NCBI GenBank assembly: GCA_021648145.1
Contig: JAKITI010000004.1
Span: forward strand, 63,848-127,847
DNA from: Gammaproteobacteria bacterium
Lineage (GTDB): Bacteria; Pseudomonadota; Gammaproteobacteria; JAADGQ01
DNA length: 64,000 nt
Direction: 5' to 3'
Made by a program: the position numbers and the translations under genes. This document shows positions 10,188-21,581 of this stretch, in pieces (position 1 is the first letter of the stretch; the number at the start of each line of letters is the position of its first letter). Under the pieces are notes generated by a model. It made no database searches. It worked only from the letters and a program-made list of their open reading frames with translations, and had not been told where the DNA came from.

Positions 10188-11333
10188 TTAAAAATCATGT
10201 TTATTTTTTACGCTATTATTGAATAGAGCCAAGAGAGTATTCGTATTGTCCAATGAGTGTGTTTTTAGTGCGTATTTTTTTGCATTTTTCCCCATTGAAA
10301 TACGCATCTCCTGATCACGAATTAATAATCTTACTTTCTCTACTAGGTTTTCGTAGGTTTTCGTATGAAATCCGATGGAAGGGGATTGTCGATCAAAAAT
10401 TTGATCAGGGTTCACATTTAGACTAACAACGGGAATTTCTCTCATCCAGGCTTGGATAAATGTGTTAGAAAACCCTTCAAACACACTTGTATTTACAAGT
10501 ATGTGCGAAGTTGAAAGTATGTTGTTTACTTCATTTTGTGTTTTTTTTCCAACACAATCTAAGTTGTTAAGTGTTTTTGCAGTGTTAAGTAATTTTTTAT
10601 GCCATCTTGAAGAACCTTGTGCAGCTCCAATCATTATAAAGCGAGTATTTTCTTCATCACTTAAGGCTTTAGCTAATTGGAGAAAAATTTCGGGTCGTTT
10701 GTTTGGTTTTACATTTGCTAGCCAGATGACTTTTATTGGTTTAGATTTGTTGGTTTTTTCTTCTGGGTATGGGTGAAAGTTAGGTACAAGTGCGTAAGAT
10801 TCTCGCTGATAGTTTTGAGTTAAAAGGTGTGCTTGATCTTTTGTTTGAACAATTATTTTATGTGCGTTTTTTATGCCATATTCCAAAATTTTCTTTTCAA
10901 CAAAGCTTGATATTAAGTAGCGTGAGCGTTTGAACATAAAGGGGCGCACATCAGCTTCACTGGCAACATGCCAAATCAGTTTAAAGCCAACCAAATCTGA
11001 AAGGTAAGCAGCGGCTCCTGTTAGGCGACCCCCATCTCTTTGGTAGACGGCATCAGGTTTTAATTGATATAAAATACGTCGAAGAGGACGGTATTCGGAA
11101 ATTAAGCGTATTAGGCCGCGCTTTTTATCAGACCCTTTTGCCAAAGGAATAATTTTGTAACCATCAGGCTGATATGATCTGTCATAACTTCTTGTGATGA
11201 AGGTGATATCGTAACCTCCATGTTTTAACATTTGTTGTATGAGGCATTTGACTTGGTATTCAGCGCCACCCATGCGAAAACTCCAGTGAATGGGCATTAT
11301 GATACAAACCTTGGTTTTTCTATTCATGATCAA
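10188..11333 (-). CDS. glycosyltransferase, GT-B fold (GT4-like)
   Basis: 381 aa. It has a typical GT1/GT4 C-terminal domain, VNTSVFEGFSNTFIQAWMREIPVV. Confidence 0.75.
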   Translation of the reverse strand: MIMNRKTKVCIIMPIHWSFRMGGAEYQVKCLIQQMLKHGGYDITFITRSYDRSYQPDGYKIIPLAKGSDKKRGLIRLISEYRPLRRILYQLKPDAVYQRDGGRLTGAAAYLSDLVGFKLIWHVASEADVRPFMFKRSRYLISSFVEKKILEYGIKNAHKIIVQTKDQAHLLTQNYQRESYALVPNFHPYPEEKTNKSKPIKVIWLANVKPNKRPEIFLQLAKALSDEENTRFIMIGAAQGSSRWHKKLLNTAKTLNNLDCVGKKTQNEVNNILSTSHILVNTSVFEGFSNTFIQAWMREIPVVSLNVNPDQIFDRQSPSIGFHTKTYENLVEKVRLLIRDQEMRISMGKNAKKYALKTHSLDNTNTLLALFNNSVKNKHDF

Positions 11334-11592
11334 TTAAGCAGCGCAAGTATTTTGTTGAGATCGTGCAAATTTTTACTGGGGGATTTAGTCGGTTATGCAC
11401 TTATTATACGAATCCAAGTATAATAGTTTGTTAAGTAATATCAAATAATGGATTATATAGTAACCACTCTGTAACTAATTAAGCAAGGCAATCGGATTAA
11501 TTCTCAGGATTTAGAGAAAAAATCTTGGAGGGAATTCGCATTGATTTTAATTGGATGTAAAGATTTACAAAGGTTCGGAATAAACCTTTCAA

Positions 11593-12705
11593 ATGAGATT
11601 AAATAAAATGGCCAAAAAAGTATTATTAATTCAACCAGGTTATGCGCATTACAGGGATGAGTTATTTAGTATTTTGTCTAAAAGATATGATTTGTTTATA
11701 TTGTATGAAAAAAAGAAAAAGGTTTATCCTGGTGCTGAACGACCTAAGGGTGATAATCATAGGTTCATCATACAGACCCCGCTATTTAAATGGCTCAATT
11801 ATATACTTTCTCTCGTGCGTAGTAATCCGGATATTGTTGTTACCTCCACATCTACATCATTAAGAACATTAGTTGCGTATCTATATTCGAGACTTTTCGG
11901 TAAAAAATTTATTCTATGGATACTTGAATGGCAGGAGCCTGTCTATGATATAAATACGTTTGCGGGAAATATTAAGAGACTCAGGAAGGCTATAGCAAAC
12001 AAAATAATTCTGAAGTCTGATGCGTTACTTGTTGGGGGAAGTGCTTCATATAATTATGCTTTGTCGCTTGGGAAAAAAAGTGATGAAATTTTCACGGCTA
12101 CTCAATGTGCTAAAGATTTGTATGCAAATGGTCAAAAAAGAAGAGTAAAAGCCAATGATGTGGTATTTATTTATTTAAGCCGAATTATCAAATGGAAAGG
12201 GCTTGATTTTTTGATAAGAGCATTTTCAAAGCTCGAAAATGAATCAGATAACGTAAAATTGATAATAGCTGGTGACGGACCATTCAGAAAAGAGTGTGTT
12301 GAGCTATGTGAAAATTTGCAAAGTGAAAATGTCACGTTTTTGGGTAGCGTAGACTCTAGTGATGTTAATGATATATATAGTAGTGCTGATATATTTGTTC
12401 TTCCATCTATTACTTACAGAAACAGTTATGAAGCGTGGGGGCTTGTCGTTAATGAAGCTATGAGCATGAAAATGCCTGTAATAACCACTGATGCAGTTGG
12501 AGCAGCTTACGATCTTGTAAAGGATAATGGAATAGTTGTAAAAAATGCTAATGTCGATGAACTTTATCAAGCTATGAAGAAAATTTTATCAATGAATTTG
12601 AATCTTCTTGGAGAAGCATCAAGGAAAATATTTGTGAGTAAAAATGATTATTATAAGATGGCTGATGGTTTTACCAGTGCTATAGAATATGTGTCAGGAA
12701 AATAG
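11593..12705 (+). CDS. glycosyltransferase family 4
   Basis: 370 aa with motif LPSITYRNSYEAWGLVVNEAMSMKMPVITTDAVGA. An alternative start MAKKVLL lies 15 nt downstream of the track start. Confidence 0.8.
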   Translation: MRLNKMAKKVLLIQPGYAHYRDELFSILSKRYDLFILYEKKKKVYPGAERPKGDNHRFIIQTPLFKWLNYILSLVRSNPDIVVTSTSTSLRTLVAYLYSRLFGKKFILWILEWQEPVYDINTFAGNIKRLRKAIANKIILKSDALLVGGSASYNYALSLGKKSDEIFTATQCAKDLYANGQKRRVKANDVVFIYLSRIIKWKGLDFLIRAFSKLENESDNVKLIIAGDGPFRKECVELCENLQSENVTFLGSVDSSDVNDIYSSADIFVLPSITYRNSYEAWGLVVNEAMSMKMPVITTDAVGAAYDLVKDNGIVVKNANVDELYQAMKKILSMNLNLLGEASRKIFVSKNDYYKMADGFTSAIEYVSGK

Positions 12706-12723
12706 AGTTGCGTAGAGGTTTTT

Positions 12724-13794
12724 CTATTTATGATCAATTAAGCAGTGTAAGTATTTTATTAAATCAGCAGCGATATGTTTCCACTCATATAACTTGGCAC
12801 TTTCTCTAATACTTCTGGATTGATAAGAGTCCCTGTTTTCCCATATTTTGGTGATGCCCTTATAAAAGCCTTCTGCGCTGTCATTAATGCAAACACCATT
12901 AGCTTCATGAATAACAGCCTTGTTTTCTTTTGTGGCTGTTGCAATAACAGGCAGACCTGATAATAAATAATCAAATGTTTTTGTCACGGGCTGGCAATCA
13001 AAATAGTCGGTGCAAGGCACAAATGAAACGCCGATATTATGTGAGTCCATTAATGGTTTGAGATTACAAAAAGGGATTTGTCCTAATAAATGGACTGTTT
13101 TCTCCAGCCCATAGTAACGGATTTTTTCTTTTAGTAATGGCATCTCTTTGCCATCTCCTGCTATGGAGTATATAGCATCAATTTTATTACCATAATGTTG
13201 TAAGAATTTCCCAAAGCCTTCAATTGTTTTTGAAATATCACGACCATTCAATGTGCCAATATATAATAATCGAATTGAGTCGAACTGCTTGTCAACTTTA
13301 GAAATTACATCTGAACCTAGCGGTAATATATAGGCCTTCTCTTTAAAACCGAGGCGAACTGATAGTGATTTGGATATGACGGTTACATTGCGAAAAAAAC
13401 GGGATTCAAATTTCATGAAGAAGTCATATGTTGCTCTTTTTAATCTGTTATTTCCAACAGCCCCTGTTCGAACGTCAAATACAAACAAGGCCTTTCTATG
13501 CATTATTTTTAACAGTGAGCAGCCTCTAAAGTATTTTATAAAACATATATCACACTGGGAAGTAGAAATTTCTTTTGAAGCTGCGGATAAATATTTAATG
13601 TTTCGTGCCAATAGCGAGCCATTCCGAGAAATATATTTTACACAGATGCCTTCATGATCAATTTTATCGAAACCATAGTCCCAACATACATATGTAATAT
13701 CGAATTCGTTAGTTAATAATGTTGCGTATTTATATGTATCAACGTGGTATCCCCACTGCTTTTGACAAAGTATAAGTAGTTTTCGCTTTTTCAT
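12724..13794 (-). CDS. glycosyltransferase (GT-B fold)
   Basis: 356 aa. The C-terminal GT-B domain contains FDYLLSGLPVIATATKENKAVI. Confidence 0.65.
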   Translation of the reverse strand: MKKRKLLILCQKQWGYHVDTYKYATLLTNEFDITYVCWDYGFDKIDHEGICVKYISRNGSLLARNIKYLSAASKEISTSQCDICFIKYFRGCSLLKIMHRKALFVFDVRTGAVGNNRLKRATYDFFMKFESRFFRNVTVISKSLSVRLGFKEKAYILPLGSDVISKVDKQFDSIRLLYIGTLNGRDISKTIEGFGKFLQHYGNKIDAIYSIAGDGKEMPLLKEKIRYYGLEKTVHLLGQIPFCNLKPLMDSHNIGVSFVPCTDYFDCQPVTKTFDYLLSGLPVIATATKENKAVIHEANGVCINDSAEGFYKGITKIWENRDSYQSRSIRESAKLYEWKHIAADLIKYLHCLIDHK

Positions 13795-13797
13795 GAT

Positions 13798-15105
13798 TTA
13801 ATGTTTTTGGTTAGCCTGCCATTTTTTATCTTTTCGATATCTTTGCGCAGCGACAAAGCCTGATAAAAACCAAAATAAAACACCGACTTGCTGTGTCGCG
13901 ATACTATTGCTGTAAAATAGCATGATAAGCATAATAAACATTACAGTTATCCATGATAATGCAATATCATTTTCAGTGTGATTGCCATGTCTGAGTGCGA
14001 GACAGTCCCTAAAGATCAAAAAGAAAATAAGTATAATGATCAATAAGCCGATCAGGCCTATCTCCCATATGAGTTGGGAGGCAATAGTCATCTTTCCTCC
14101 ATGCATTCTGAATTTATAAGAGTAATTTCCAGCCGTGAGTTTTGATGTGTGCTTGGATATAGCGTTTCCAATGCCAACTCCAAAAAGATATTTTATAGGT
14201 TGGTTTGAAAATACTTGAAAGGGGAGGGTGAAGCTATCTATACGGCCGACTTCCCCTTCCTTGGTACCATCACTTTTTGTTGTTGCACCACGGCTTAAAT
14301 AGTCTTCAATATGACCTTCTTCAAAAACCATGTTTAGAATGTTGCCACCATAATGCCTGTTATAATTTATGTTATATATAACAACAAAAAGGATGATAAA
14401 GACGGTGCCCGATATAATAACTGGGAGAATTTTTTTAAGTTTTTCTTTTCGGTTTTCAATAAAAAGTATGGGCCCAATCAGGAGTAGAGGTAGAAAGAAA
14501 AGGGCGGCTTTTGTTTCATTAAGTGCTGCGGGAATAATGAAAAGAGGAGTTAAAATGAGTAATAGTTTTAAGCTGATTTTATTTCTTAGATAAGAAGTAA
14601 TAAGGAAAACTATAGGAATAATCGAACAGATAGCGAGCATTCCTGCGTCCGGGAAGGTTCCTGTGATGACATCTCCAGTCACTAAATGGCTAAACTCTAC
14701 AAATCTTTGATAAAAGACTAATGGGATTTGAAGAAGGATAAGGAGCAAAATCAGTACTAATATTTTTTTTATTTGTTCACCAGAAAAATGGTATACGATC
14801 GGAATAAAGAAAAAGGGTAAAAACCGAAAGTAGGCTCTGATGCCATAAAAGATCGAGCCAGGTTGTACCTGGTTGATAATGAGACCCGCGACTATAAACA
14901 GCAGTAGAATACCGAAAACCAGTATATATTTAAAATGTAATGCGAACGTTTTTTTTGAAATAGCTATTGCTATGACAACTAAAACTGTAACTCCTGATAG
15001 TAACTCAAGCGGTATTGTCGCGATTGCTGTTGGCACGCCCAGTGTTATCAGAAGATATTCACCAATGAATGCAACAATTAGTATGAAGGATACAAATATA
15101 AGCAT
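13798..15105 (-). CDS. polytopic membrane protein, Wzy-like O-antigen polymerase/ligase family
   Basis: 435 aa with more than 10 predicted TM helices and a large periplasmic loop. This is the position expected for Wzy/WaaL in a GT cluster. Confidence 0.55.
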   Translation of the reverse strand: MLIFVSFILIVAFIGEYLLITLGVPTAIATIPLELLSGVTVLVVIAIAISKKTFALHFKYILVFGILLLFIVAGLIINQVQPGSIFYGIRAYFRFLPFFFIPIVYHFSGEQIKKILVLILLLILLQIPLVFYQRFVEFSHLVTGDVITGTFPDAGMLAICSIIPIVFLITSYLRNKISLKLLLILTPLFIIPAALNETKAALFFLPLLLIGPILFIENRKEKLKKILPVIISGTVFIILFVVIYNINYNRHYGGNILNMVFEEGHIEDYLSRGATTKSDGTKEGEVGRIDSFTLPFQVFSNQPIKYLFGVGIGNAISKHTSKLTAGNYSYKFRMHGGKMTIASQLIWEIGLIGLLIIILIFFLIFRDCLALRHGNHTENDIALSWITVMFIMLIMLFYSNSIATQQVGVLFWFLSGFVAAQRYRKDKKWQANQKH

Positions 15106-15216
15106 ATGCTACTGTGTATAGTTCCAATCTTTAAGTGTGCGGTGTTGAATTAAAGCATATGATCGGTCAAATTTGGTGGGACTAATATTCAAGAGTTTTT
15201 ATTAATTTAGATTGAG

Positions 15217-15303
15217 TGGTGCCGAGGAGAGGACTTGAACCTCCACGGGGTTACCCCCACTAGCACCTGAAGCTAGCGCGTCTACCAATTTCGCCACCTC
15301 GGC
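15217..15303 (-). tRNA. tRNA-Leu (anticodon CAG)
   Basis: The reverse complement reads GCCGAGGTGGCGAAATTGGTAGACGCGCTAGCTTCAGGTGCTAGTGGGGGTAACCCCGTGGAGGTTCAAGTCCTCTCCTCGGCACCA. This is a type II tRNA with a long variable arm and an encoded CCA end. Confidence 0.85.
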
Positions 15304-15466
15304 ATAGAGCATAAAAACACTGAGCCGCGAACTCTACCAAATTATAGATTAAACTAGCAAGATTTTTTTTTGATTGTGTAAAATTTAATTAAAACATTAT
15401 ATAGTCTTGTTATATTAAATTGATGTGGCTGTTTCAGATAACTAATTATAAATTATAAAGGTTAAC

Positions 15467-17698
15467 GTGAATACTTCGAAAAAATCGAATGATCCTCATG
15501 CGGTACGGGAGGCAAGCAAGTATGAAAACCCTATCGCAAGCAGGGAATTTATTATGGCACTTTTCAATGATGAGAGTCTTCTACTTTCATCTAAGCAGAT
15601 TGCTGAAACTTTGGAATATGATGATGAAGATCGTCTGGAGGCATTGCGCCGTCGCTTAATCGCTATGGAGCGAGATGGGCAGTTGATATGCAACCGTCGT
15701 GGGAAGTATGGCTTGCTAAGCAAGATGGCTTTACTTAAAGGGCGTGTTATTGGTCATCCAGATGGTTTTGGATTTTTAACACCGGAAGATGGTGGGGATG
15801 ATCTGTTTTTATCAGGGCGACAGATGCAGTCATTGCTGCATGGTGACACGGTTGTAGCAAGGGTTGTCGGTCAAGATCGCCGTGGGCGGCGAGAAGGAGC
15901 CGTTGTTGAGGTTCTGGAGCGTGCTATTCGGCAGGTGGTGGGGCGTTTTCATGAAAAAGATGATGTGACGTATGTGGTTCCTGATGATAAACGTCTGAAT
16001 CAAGATTTCATGATTCCTGTCAGCCATCAAGGTCAGGCAAAAAAAGGCGATATCGTGGTTGCCGAGATCGTCGCCTATCCAACACGCCATGCACGAACAG
16101 TTGCCCGTATTGCTGAAGTGATTGGCAAGCACATGGCGCCTGGTATGGAGATTGAAATTGCAGTGCGCAATTATGATCTGCCGGACTCATTTTCAGAGTC
16201 AATCGAAAAAGAGATGTCAGGGCTAGCAGAAGAGGTTCCGTCTAGCGCCTGGTCAGGGCGAAAAGATATTCGTGACTTGCCTTTGGTGACGATTGATGGT
16301 GAAGATGCGCGTGATTTTGATGATGCTGTCTATTGCGAAAAAACAGCCGAAGGGTGGCGACTGCTGGTGGCGATTGCCGATGTCTCTTCCTATGTAAAAA
16401 CAGGGACGGCGTTAGATGAGGAGGCATTTAAACGGGGGAACTCGGTCTATTTTCCTGGTAATGTCATTCCCATGTTGCCGGAAGTGTTATCGAATGGATT
16501 GTGTTCAATTAATCCCGATGTGAACCGCTTGTGTATGGTTTGTGAATTAGAGATTAATGATCAAGCAGAAGTTTTAAATTCACGATTTTTTGATGCTGTT
16601 ATGTGCTCTCATGCGCGTTTAACCTACACTAAAGTGGCGGCAATAGTGGTGGACGGTGATGAAGTGCTAACTGCTGAATATAAAGCAGTGCTGCCTACGT
16701 TAAAAGAGCTTCATTCTTTATATAAAGTGCTGCTTACGGGTAGGGAAAAGCGTGGCGCAATTGATTTTGAAACCACTGAAACCCAAATTGTTTTTGGTGA
16801 TGATCGAAAAATTGAGCGTATTACCCCGTTGGTACGTAATGATGCTCACAAGATGATTGAAGAGTTTATGATTCTTGCAAATGTCGCGGCGGCTCGTTTT
16901 CTTGGTGAAAATAATATCCCGATTCCTTACCGAATTCATAAAGGGCCAACGACAGAAAAATTACAGGGTTTGCGTGAATTTCTTGGCGAATTAGGGTTGA
17001 AACTGGGAGGAGGGGATACCCCTGCAGCGGCTGATTATGGTGCACTTTTGAAAAAATCAAGAGAACGCCCTGATGCCCATCTGGTTCAAACCGTATTACT
17101 GAGAAGCATGAGTCAAGCGCTGTATACCCCCGACAATATTGGCCACTTTGGTTTGGGGTTTGATGACTACGCTCATTTTACATCTCCCATTCGTCGTTAC
17201 CCGGACTTATTGGTGCATCGAGCGATTCGGCACGTACTGAGTGGTAAAACGGCAGAAACATTCACATACAGTCACAATGATATGGTCTCGTTGGGTGAGC
17301 ACTGTTCATCAACAGAGCGTCGTGCAGATGAAGCAACACGCGATGTGGAAAGTTGGCTGAAGTGTGAATATATAGAAGATAAAATTGGTGAAGTTTTTGA
17401 CTCCATAATTACTTCCGTTACAGGCTTTGGTTTTTTTGCTGAGCTGAACGAAATCTATGTGGATGGACTAGTTCATATCACGTCATTGGGGGACGAATAC
17501 TTTGTTTTTGACCCTGCTAAACAGCGCCTGACGGGTGAGCATTCGAATAAAACATATCGTTTGGGTGATAAAGTACGAGTCCGTATCGCTAAGGTTAATC
17601 TGGATGAACGCAAAATTGACTTTGAGCTAGAGGATGGAGTTGAGCGTAAGCCTAAGCCTAAGCCCAAACCCAAACGCCGTCGGACAAAACGTAAGTGA
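15467..17698 (+). CDS. rnr: ribonuclease R
   Basis: 743 aa. It has a cold-shock/OB N-terminus, an RNB catalytic domain (DIDGEDARDFDDAV) and an S1 domain. The C-terminal tail is basic and KP-rich. Confidence 0.9.
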   Translation: MNTSKKSNDPHAVREASKYENPIASREFIMALFNDESLLLSSKQIAETLEYDDEDRLEALRRRLIAMERDGQLICNRRGKYGLLSKMALLKGRVIGHPDGFGFLTPEDGGDDLFLSGRQMQSLLHGDTVVARVVGQDRRGRREGAVVEVLERAIRQVVGRFHEKDDVTYVVPDDKRLNQDFMIPVSHQGQAKKGDIVVAEIVAYPTRHARTVARIAEVIGKHMAPGMEIEIAVRNYDLPDSFSESIEKEMSGLAEEVPSSAWSGRKDIRDLPLVTIDGEDARDFDDAVYCEKTAEGWRLLVAIADVSSYVKTGTALDEEAFKRGNSVYFPGNVIPMLPEVLSNGLCSINPDVNRLCMVCELEINDQAEVLNSRFFDAVMCSHARLTYTKVAAIVVDGDEVLTAEYKAVLPTLKELHSLYKVLLTGREKRGAIDFETTETQIVFGDDRKIERITPLVRNDAHKMIEEFMILANVAAARFLGENNIPIPYRIHKGPTTEKLQGLREFLGELGLKLGGGDTPAAADYGALLKKSRERPDAHLVQTVLLRSMSQALYTPDNIGHFGLGFDDYAHFTSPIRRYPDLLVHRAIRHVLSGKTAETFTYSHNDMVSLGEHCSSTERRADEATRDVESWLKCEYIEDKIGEVFDSIITSVTGFGFFAELNEIYVDGLVHITSLGDEYFVFDPAKQRLTGEHSNKTYRLGDKVRVRIAKVNLDERKIDFELEDGVERKPKPKPKPKRRRTKRK

Positions 17699-18465
17699 GC
17701 CAAGCCATACTTAGCGTAAAGAAAAATGAAGTGTTCATTTATGGCCAGCATGCGGTCGCTGCCGCGCTCAAACAGCGTCCTAAAGCAATGTGCGGGATGT
17801 GGTTTGATAGCTCACGCCGTGATGAGCGTATGAACTCTTTGTTTCAACTGGCTGAAAAGTATTCAGTGCAGCAGCACCCTGTTTCTAAAAAGGATCTTGA
17901 TGAGGTTTTTCCAGATTCAACACACCAAGGCGTGGTCGCAATTGTTAAAAGTGTCTCCCCGCGTGGCGAAGGTGATTTACAAGAGCTGCTCAAACATCTG
18001 GATGAACCCCCTTTTTTATTGATTCTGGATCATATACAAGATCCTCATAATTTAGGGGCATGCATACGCACGGCGAATGCATGTGGTGTGCATGCGGTGA
18101 TTGCGCCTAAAGATCGAGCTGTGGGGCTGACACCCGTGGTGCGAAAAGTATCCTGTGGCGCGACTGAAAGCACCCCCTTTGTACAGGTGACGAATTTGGC
18201 ACGTACGATGCGTATGTTGCAACAAGAAGGGGTCTGGATGATCGGTGCCGCAATGGAGGGGGCGAGCTCTGTTCATGAGGCTGCGTTGACGGGGCCGCTT
18301 GCTTTGGTGATGGGTGCAGAAGGGCGTGGTTTGCGCCGCCTGACTCGAGAAAATTGTGATGCATTGGTGAATATTCCAATGACAGGTGATGTAGAAAGTC
18401 TAAATGTCTCAGTTGCTGCGGGCGTTTGTCTTTTTGAGGCGGTCAGGCAGAGAAGTCAAAAATAG
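17695..18465 (+). CDS. rlmB: 23S rRNA (guanosine-2'-O)-methyltransferase, SpoU/TrmH family
   Basis: 256 aa with a SpoU methylase C-terminus ([38 protein letters not shown]). The rnr-rlmB order is conserved. Confidence 0.85.
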   Translation: MSQAILSVKKNEVFIYGQHAVAAALKQRPKAMCGMWFDSSRRDERMNSLFQLAEKYSVQQHPVSKKDLDEVFPDSTHQGVVAIVKSVSPRGEGDLQELLKHLDEPPFLLILDHIQDPHNLGACIRTANACGVHAVIAPKDRAVGLTPVVRKVSCGATESTPFVQVTNLARTMRMLQQEGVWMIGAAMEGASSVHEAALTGPLALVMGAEGRGLRRLTRENCDALVNIPMTGDVESLNVSVAAGVCLFEAVRQRSQK

Positions 18466-18485
18466 TAAACAGGATAGAAAAAATC

Positions 18486-19904
18486 ATGAGTGTTCGTACC
18501 CGTTTTGCACCGAGTCCAACTGGTTATTTACATGTCGGTGGCGCGCGCACCGCGCTTTTTTCATGGCTCTATGCTCGCAAGCATGGCGGCTCGTTTATTT
18601 TACGGATTGAGGATACTGATCGGGAGCGTTCCACGGCTGAATCTGTGAATGCGATTTTGGAAGGGATGACATGGTTAGGGCTGGAGTATGATGAAGGCCC
18701 GTTATATCAGACCGACCGTTTTGCCCGGTATGACGAAGTGATCCAGAAGCTTTTGAAAGAAGATAAAGCCTACTACTGTTACTGCTCAAAAGATAAATTG
18801 GAAATAATGCGAGCCAAACAGATGGCTCGCAAAGAGAAGCCTCGTTACGATGGGTGTTGTCGAGACGGGGTGGAGACCTCCCCTGAAGGTGTTGCGCCTG
18901 TCGTACGCTTCAGAAATCCACAGAAAGGTTCAGTGGTGATTGAAGATCAGGTGCGTGGTCGAGTCGTTTTCCAAAACAGTGAACTGGACGATCTGATTCT
19001 TGCACGTTCTGATGGTACTCCGACTTATAACCTTACCGTTGTGGTTGATGATTTGGATATGGGGTTAACCCATATTATTCGGGGTGACGATCACCTGAAT
19101 AATACACCGCGCCAGATCAATATTATGAAAGCATTGGATGTTGCTGATATCCCGAGTTACGCCCATGTTCCCATGATTTTAGGGGATGATGGCAAGCGGC
19201 TTTCAAAGCGACATGGTGCTGTGAGTGTCATGCAGTATCGTGATGAGGGGTACTTGCCTGAAGCGCTGTTAAATTATTTGGTTCGGCTGGGTTGGTCTCA
19301 TGGGGATCAGGAAATATTTTCTTTAGACGAACTGATTGAGCTTTTTGATGATAAAAACATCAATAATTCAGCATCCACTTTCAACACAAGCAAGCTGCTC
19401 TGGTTGAACCATCACTACATAATGAATGGTGCACCTGAACATGTTGCCCATCATTTGAGTTGGCATATGGGGAGGTTGGGTATTGACCCAAGTCAGGGGC
19501 CAAGTCTTATTGATGTTGTACTTGCAATGAGAGAGCGATCAAAAACATTGGTTGAAATGGCGGAAGGTAGCGTCTTTTTTTACAAAGACTTTGATGAATT
19601 TGATGCTAAAGCGGCTAAAAAGAACTTAAAACCTGCAGTTCAAAAACCACTGTCGGCATTGTGTGAGCAGTTGGAAACACTGGTGTCTTGGAAGGGGGAG
19701 GCGATACACAATGCAATCATTGAGGTGGCCGAGCGTTTTGAGATAAAAATGGGTAAGTTGGCTCAACCACTTCGTGTAGCGATCACGGGCAATTCAATGT
19801 CACCACCGATTGATATTACTGCAGAGTTGATTGGAAAAGAGGGCGTACTAAAACGTATCAATTTAGCGCTGGAATATATCCGTAATCGTATTGGTGAAAA
19901 TTAA
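18486..19904 (+). CDS. gltX: glutamate--tRNA ligase
   Basis: 472 aa with the class I HIGH motif [17 protein letters not shown] and a KMSKS-like motif RLSKRHG. Confidence 0.9.
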   Translation: MSVRTRFAPSPTGYLHVGGARTALFSWLYARKHGGSFILRIEDTDRERSTAESVNAILEGMTWLGLEYDEGPLYQTDRFARYDEVIQKLLKEDKAYYCYCSKDKLEIMRAKQMARKEKPRYDGCCRDGVETSPEGVAPVVRFRNPQKGSVVIEDQVRGRVVFQNSELDDLILARSDGTPTYNLTVVVDDLDMGLTHIIRGDDHLNNTPRQINIMKALDVADIPSYAHVPMILGDDGKRLSKRHGAVSVMQYRDEGYLPEALLNYLVRLGWSHGDQEIFSLDELIELFDDKNINNSASTFNTSKLLWLNHHYIMNGAPEHVAHHLSWHMGRLGIDPSQGPSLIDVVLAMRERSKTLVEMAEGSVFFYKDFDEFDAKAAKKNLKPAVQKPLSALCEQLETLVSWKGEAIHNAIIEVAERFEIKMGKLAQPLRVAITGNSMSPPIDITAELIGKEGVLKRINLALEYIRNRIGEN

Positions 19905-19915
19905 TAAAAAAAGTC

Positions 19916-19944
19916 TTGACGAACATAATCTCGTTACGTATTAT
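19916..19944 (+). promoter_or_regulatory. sigma70-type promoter for the tRNA-Ala/tRNA-Glu pair
   Basis: TTGACG, a 17-nt spacer, then TATTAT. The -10 element ends 18 nt upstream of the tRNA-Ala 5' end. Confidence 0.55.
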
Positions 19945-19962
19945 TCCGACTCCTTGGCACGA

Positions 19963-20038
19963 GGGGCCATAGCTCAGCTGGGAGAGCGCTACACTGGCAG
20001 TGTAGAGGTCGGCGGTTCGATCCCGCCTGGCTCCACCA
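19963..20038 (+). tRNA. tRNA-Ala (anticodon GGC)
   Basis: GGGGCCATAGCTCAGCTGGGAGAGCGC...CTGGCAG...GGTTCGATCCCGCCTGGCTCCACCA. It has the G3:U70 identity pair and is 76 nt long. Confidence 0.9.
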
Positions 20039-20079
20039 ACTTTTATATGGATCTCGTGCTAGAGAAAAGCAAGTCCTAC

Positions 20080-20155
<76 letters not shown>

Positions 20156-20409
20156 TATTATACTGAAAGTTAGCTGCAAACTTGTAGCTGACCTCGAATT
20201 CGTGATTGACCTAGTCAACCACTGAAGAATAATAGGTCTTTAAAAGCCCCTTTTTCCATATATTCTGATATTTCGCTCAGAAACAGCACTAATTTAATTC
20301 CGTATAATTCTCCAAGAGTACCGCTGAAGCATACTTGCTTTGCTATTTTTGATAAATAGTTATATAAGTTTACCTGTATTATGTATAATTATTCAAAAAG
20401 AGAATAAAA

Positions 20410-21516
20410 ATGAATAATTGGCACTTCCCTAGACCTCAACTAGCAAAGCACTACCTTAATATTCTGGCGCTGGGTATCTCTTCGAATTTAGCGATTATCG
20501 CGCCCAGACGAAAAGGCAAGACTCTTTTTGTACTGCAAGATCTCTCCCCTCTCGCACAAAAAAATGAATATTTGCCCGTGTATGCCAGCCTTTGGCAAAA
20601 TATCAATGCCCCTCATGAAGGCTTAATACTTGCTCTTGAAGATGCGATAGAAGCTTTGGATAAAAGATCCCCTATCAGCCGATTGCTTAAAGCTAAAATA
20701 AAAAGGACAACGGTCAGTAATGAGTTGCTTGGAAAGATGGAGGTTGAGTTTGCCGATAAAGCAACGAAGGTCACAAGCAAAGAACTGCTATTTCTGGAAA
20801 GGCTGTTAGCAGAGCTGCAAAAAAAAGCAGGGAAAAAAACAGTTTTACTTCTGATTGACGAAGTTCAACATCTCGCAACATCCCCTCTTTTTGATCCATT
20901 AACTCATGCGCTCAGAACGATGTTGGATAAACGGCAGGGGTGTGTGAAAACAATTTTTACAGGTTCATCGCGGCATTATATGAATCTGCTCTTTAATGAA
21001 TCACAATCTCCGTTCTATCATTTTGTAGAAACCGTACCGTTCCCTGATTTAGGGGATGAGTTCATCGACTTTCTCGTGACCAAATTAGAGCAAGAGCACA
21101 GTATATCCATCAGTCAAAAGTCACTGAGCAAAGTATTTGATGCGATTGATCAATCCCCCTACTGGATGATGAAACTCATCACTTATATTTTGACATCGGG
21201 TTCGAATATAAAGAGTGCTCAGGAATATATCCTTGAGCTGCTTGAAGCTGCTGAAGGTTTTGAGGATATCGCAAAGCGAATGAAAGTTATTGATCGAATT
21301 GTTTTTCTTGCACTGTCAGAAGGCGACAACCCTTTTTCAAAAGAGTTGTTATCCAAAATTGATAAAGAGACATCTGTGAAAGGAATTCCCTCAAATATAC
21401 AGCGCTCGATCAAGCGCCTTGCACAGAAGAATTTAATTAGCCAGATGGAAAAAGGGCGATATTACATAGAAAAACCAGGTTTGAAGCGCTACTTGCTTGA
21501 AGAGAGTTCAAGGTAG
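20410..21516 (+). CDS. AAA+-type ATPase of the 'archaeal ATPase'/DUF234 family
   Basis: 368 aa with a P-loop-like IIAPRRKGKT, a Walker B LLIDEVQHL, and a C-terminal winged-helix-like region. It lies just after the tRNAs and follows an AT-rich spacer. Confidence 0.55.
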   Translation: MNNWHFPRPQLAKHYLNILALGISSNLAIIAPRRKGKTLFVLQDLSPLAQKNEYLPVYASLWQNINAPHEGLILALEDAIEALDKRSPISRLLKAKIKRTTVSNELLGKMEVEFADKATKVTSKELLFLERLLAELQKKAGKKTVLLLIDEVQHLATSPLFDPLTHALRTMLDKRQGCVKTIFTGSSRHYMNLLFNESQSPFYHFVETVPFPDLGDEFIDFLVTKLEQEHSISISQKSLSKVFDAIDQSPYWMMKLITYILTSGSNIKSAQEYILELLEAAEGFEDIAKRMKVIDRIVFLALSEGDNPFSKELLSKIDKETSVKGIPSNIQRSIKRLAQKNLISQMEKGRYYIEKPGLKRYLLEESSR

Positions 21517-21581
21517 AGCCATCGACAATTATTGATCCGCTGGTGTAAACGTCATGATGTATTCTACCTTGGTTTTTCATA

